Source: an uncultured Chloroflexia bacterium
Lineage (GTDB): Bacteria > Chloroflexota > Limnocylindria > Limnocylindrales > CSP1-4
Direction of reading: 5' to 3'
Assembly: GCA_963749705.1 (NCBI GenBank)
Contig: CAVVNQ010000010.1
Coordinates: 95,359 to 159,358, forward strand
DNA: 64,000 nt
The notes below the pieces were generated by a model, which was given only the letters and a program-made list of their open reading frames with translations, was not told where the DNA came from and did not search any database. Positions 61,396 through 64,000 of this stretch are shown piece by piece (within the stretch, counting starts at the first letter, position 1; each line of letters starts with the position of its first letter). A program made the translations under genes and the position numbers.

Positions 61396-62445
61396 CTAGC
61401 CTCTGCGACGCGACGGCAGCCCGAGTCGCGCCACGTAGAAGGCGGCCAGGTACCGAAGCTCCTGCACCCCGGTCAGTGCGACGAGCGAAGTCTTCTCGCC
61501 CGGTGTCAGCTTGCTCTTGAGGACGGTCCGCCGCAGGGTGTCGAAGTAGTCGTGCAGGTCGAGCGAGTGCTGCGCGGCGCGGCGCAGCTTCGCCCGCAGC
61601 GACGTGTCCGCGGGTTTGCGCAGGCCCCACCAGGCGTCGTTGACGTCACGGTGGAAGTACATCGTCTCCTTGGAGACGTAGAAGCGACCCTCGAACAGGA
61701 GCCTGAAGAGGGCCCGCTTGTCCCACGCGTATTTCCCCCGGTTGAGGTTGCTGATCGCGTCGAAATCCGCGAGGCTGAGGCGCTGCGCGACGCTCGTCCT
61801 CATGACAGCCACGATGAGGAAAGCGTGCCCCCCCTGCGGATGCTCGGAGATCATCCGACGTGCTCGTTCGAATTGCGTGTCCAGCAAGTAGACGCGGCGG
61901 TGATCGTAGAACGTCCGCAGCGTGCCCCGCTCGTCAATTGAAGCCGTGTTGCTGCCGGCGAGCACGAGCGAGCTATCGCGATCGAGCTCCGCGACCATCT
62001 TTGCGAGATAGGTGGGATCCCACATGTCGTCGTGGCATGCCCACATGAACAATGGCGCCGTCGCCAGGTCCAGGACCCTCTGCGTGTTGGCCTGCAGGCC
62101 GAGGTTCTCGTCGTTGCGGTAGTAGCGGATCCGACGGTCACGAGCACCGTACGACTTGCAGATCTCCTCGGTCGCGTCAGTCGAGGCATTGTCGGAGATG
62201 ATGAGCTCGAAGTCCGTGAACGTCTGCGCCAACAGCGAGTCGAGTGCCTTCGGCAGAAATACCTCGCCGTTCCAGACGGGAAGCCCGATGCTGACCCTTG
62301 GGCCGGCCGACTCGTGGGTTTGCTGGCGCCGGGCCCCGGACGATGAGCCTGCCTCGACGCGGGCTTCGTCTGTCTGCCCGCTTCTCGCAATCGTGCTCAC
62401 ACCTGTCTCCCGACTCGCGGCCACGCCGTATCTCACCCCTCGCAT
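61396..62445 (-). CDS. Glycosyltransferase family 2
   Basis: SIGLPVWNG, SDNASTD and HDD motifs. Start uncertain. Confidence 0.88.
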   Translation of the reverse strand: MRGVRYGVAASRETGVSTIARSGQTDEARVEAGSSSGARRQQTHESAGPRVSIGLPVWNGEVFLPKALDSLLAQTFTDFELIISDNASTDATEEICKSYGARDRRIRYYRNDENLGLQANTQRVLDLATAPLFMWACHDDMWDPTYLAKMVAELDRDSSLVLAGSNTASIDERGTLRTFYDHRRVYLLDTQFERARRMISEHPQGGHAFLIVAVMRTSVAQRLSLADFDAISNLNRGKYAWDKRALFRLLFEGRFYVSKETMYFHRDVNDAWWGLRKPADTSLRAKLRRAAQHSLDLHDYFDTLRRTVLKSKLTPGEKTSLVALTGVQELRYLAAFYVARLGLPSRRRG

Positions 62446-62646
62446 GAGGCGGCCAAGTGCCGTTGGAGTGGTGACCGCAGAAGATCCCCCGGGCCTCAAG
62501 TGCGAGAACCCACCAAAGCCTCGGCTCCTAGCATATGCATTGCTCCTTGCGTCGTGTCAACGGCGTGGCCCACCGAAACCTGGCGCCCGGGATGGCCCAG
62601 GCTGGCACGCAAGCGGCGAGGACGGCTGGCCGCCCGCTGCCGGAGC

Positions 62647-63999
62647 TCAGCCGCCAGCCGCCCGCCGCGCCTGCAGGTAGCCCCGCGCGCCATTGCGCAG
62701 GCGCCGGAGGAGGCCCGCGCTCGTGGCGAGCACGAACCGGACGTCAGCCGGTGTTGGAACCCAGAACCGCCACAGCGGCACCCCGGAGAAGCGCGCAGCC
62801 ACAGCGGTCAGCAGCAGCGACGACAGCGTGTAGGAGAAGAGCGACGTGGCGGCGGCACCGATGATCCCGAACCGCGGGATGATCACCAGATTGGCCGCAA
62901 CGTTCACCGTCAGCGCAACGATGCTGACGGTGGAGTCGATACCGGGCCGGCCGATGCCCGTCACGTACCCGCCGACCACGTTGGCGCCGCTGAGTGCGAC
63001 CACACCTGGCAGCAGGATCAGGAATGGCACGATCGACGGTTGGAAGGCCGGCAGCACGGCCCAGATCATCACCAAGGCGCACGGCACGAGCAGCAGGGCG
63101 AACACAGCGCAGACGAGGAGACTCACGCGGGACACCATCGCGACCTGGCGATCCGCATCCTCCCTGGCCGACCCGGCCACATGCGGGAAGAAGACGGTGG
63201 CGACCGCCTTGGGAAAGATGAAGATCATCTCGGCCAGGGCGACGGACATGCTGTAGTAACCGAGCGGCTCGGCTGGATTCGCGATGAGTAGCGCGATCAG
63301 GTACGTGTCGGTGCGGTAGCTGAAGAAGCTCGAGAGGCTCCCCGCGTAGAACCGAAGGCCATAGCTCACGAGCCCGCGCAGTGGGGCAACGCTGGGCTGC
63401 GGCACCCTGCGGGCGACGAACGCCGCCGCGAGACCGAAACCGATGTTGTTGACGAGGGCGACGCCGACGAACACCGCGACGGCGCCCGGCACTCCGAGGC
63501 CCATGACGCCAACCAGCAGGATGAGCAGCAGCATGGTCGTCACCGGCTGTGCGATGTAGACAGCGGCATACGGGCGGACGGCTTGACGGCCAATCACGAT
63601 CGAGGCTGCGAGCGGTGCCTGCAGCAGAAGCGGGAGCACGAGGAACGCGAAGAGGACTAGGCCTATATCGAGCCCGTGGAGGATCTTCTGCAGGAGCACA
63701 GGCAGCAGGGCGAGCACGATCGCAAATCCCAGGACGGTGAGCGCCGCCGTGAACGCGAACGACTTCCTGATCAGCCCCAACGTCTGACCCCGGGCCGCGA
63801 AGTACTGGAACGCCTGGGGAAGCCCGAGCTGGAGCACCACCATCATCGTGGTCGGCAGGAGGATGAGGAGGTAGTAGTCACCCTTCCCGGACGGGCCGAG
63901 CAGGCGTGCCAAGAAGATGCCGTTGATGACCCCTACGGCGGCGACCAGCGCCTGGGTGGCGAACATGACGACGACTCGGCCAGAAAATGTCCCTGCCTC
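62647..63999 (-). CDS. Polysaccharide flippase (Wzx-like), 5' end outside the window
   Basis: ARLLGPSGKG, many TM segments and IPRFGIIGAA; the frame stays open to the window edge. Confidence 0.88.
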   Translation of the reverse strand, partial: EAGTFSGRVVVMFATQALVAAVGVINGIFLARLLGPSGKGDYYLLILLPTTMMVVLQLGLPQAFQYFAARGQTLGLIRKSFAFTAALTVLGFAIVLALLPVLLQKILHGLDIGLVLFAFLVLPLLLQAPLAASIVIGRQAVRPYAAVYIAQPVTTMLLLILLVGVMGLGVPGAVAVFVGVALVNNIGFGLAAAFVARRVPQPSVAPLRGLVSYGLRFYAGSLSSFFSYRTDTYLIALLIANPAEPLGYYSMSVALAEMIFIFPKAVATVFFPHVAGSAREDADRQVAMVSRVSLLVCAVFALLLVPCALVMIWAVLPAFQPSIVPFLILLPGVVALSGANVVGGYVTGIGRPGIDSTVSIVALTVNVAANLVIIPRFGIIGAAATSLFSYTLSSLLLTAVAARFSGVPLWRFWVPTPADVRFVLATSAGLLRRLRNGARGYLQARRAAGG

Positions 64000-64000
64000 G

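Overview
High-GC bacterial chromosomal window. Gene content and many apparently leaderless genes suggest Chloroflexota (possibly Limnocylindria-like) or Actinomycetota; this is inference only. It is mostly core metabolism: a CBS-korA-korB-CBS oxidoreductase operon, dapB-dapA-dapD-lysA, a CopA-cupredoxin fusion, fabD-fabF-fabF, ilvD, leuCD, and ilvBNC-leuA-leuB-cimA-(stand-alone LeuA regulatory domain)-pheA. These are followed by acyl-CoA genes, a c-di-GMP-I riboswitch ahead of a secreted Pro/Thr-rich protein, and part of a CDP-sugar polysaccharide locus. Three non-obvious signals stand out. (1) A Lys-Lys-Lys leader peptide with a terminator and candidate antiterminator sits upstream of the lysine operon, suggesting ribosome-mediated lysine attenuation. 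(2) An XRE-HTH/PD-(D/E)XK-like gene at 35.6-36.4 kb is bracketed by mirror-image arrays of four 19-bp palindrome-like boxes at helical-phase spacing, a candidate new mobile or selfish element. (3) A long Leu/Val-rich leader peptide attenuator precedes ilvB. All calls come from manual reading; no database searches were run.
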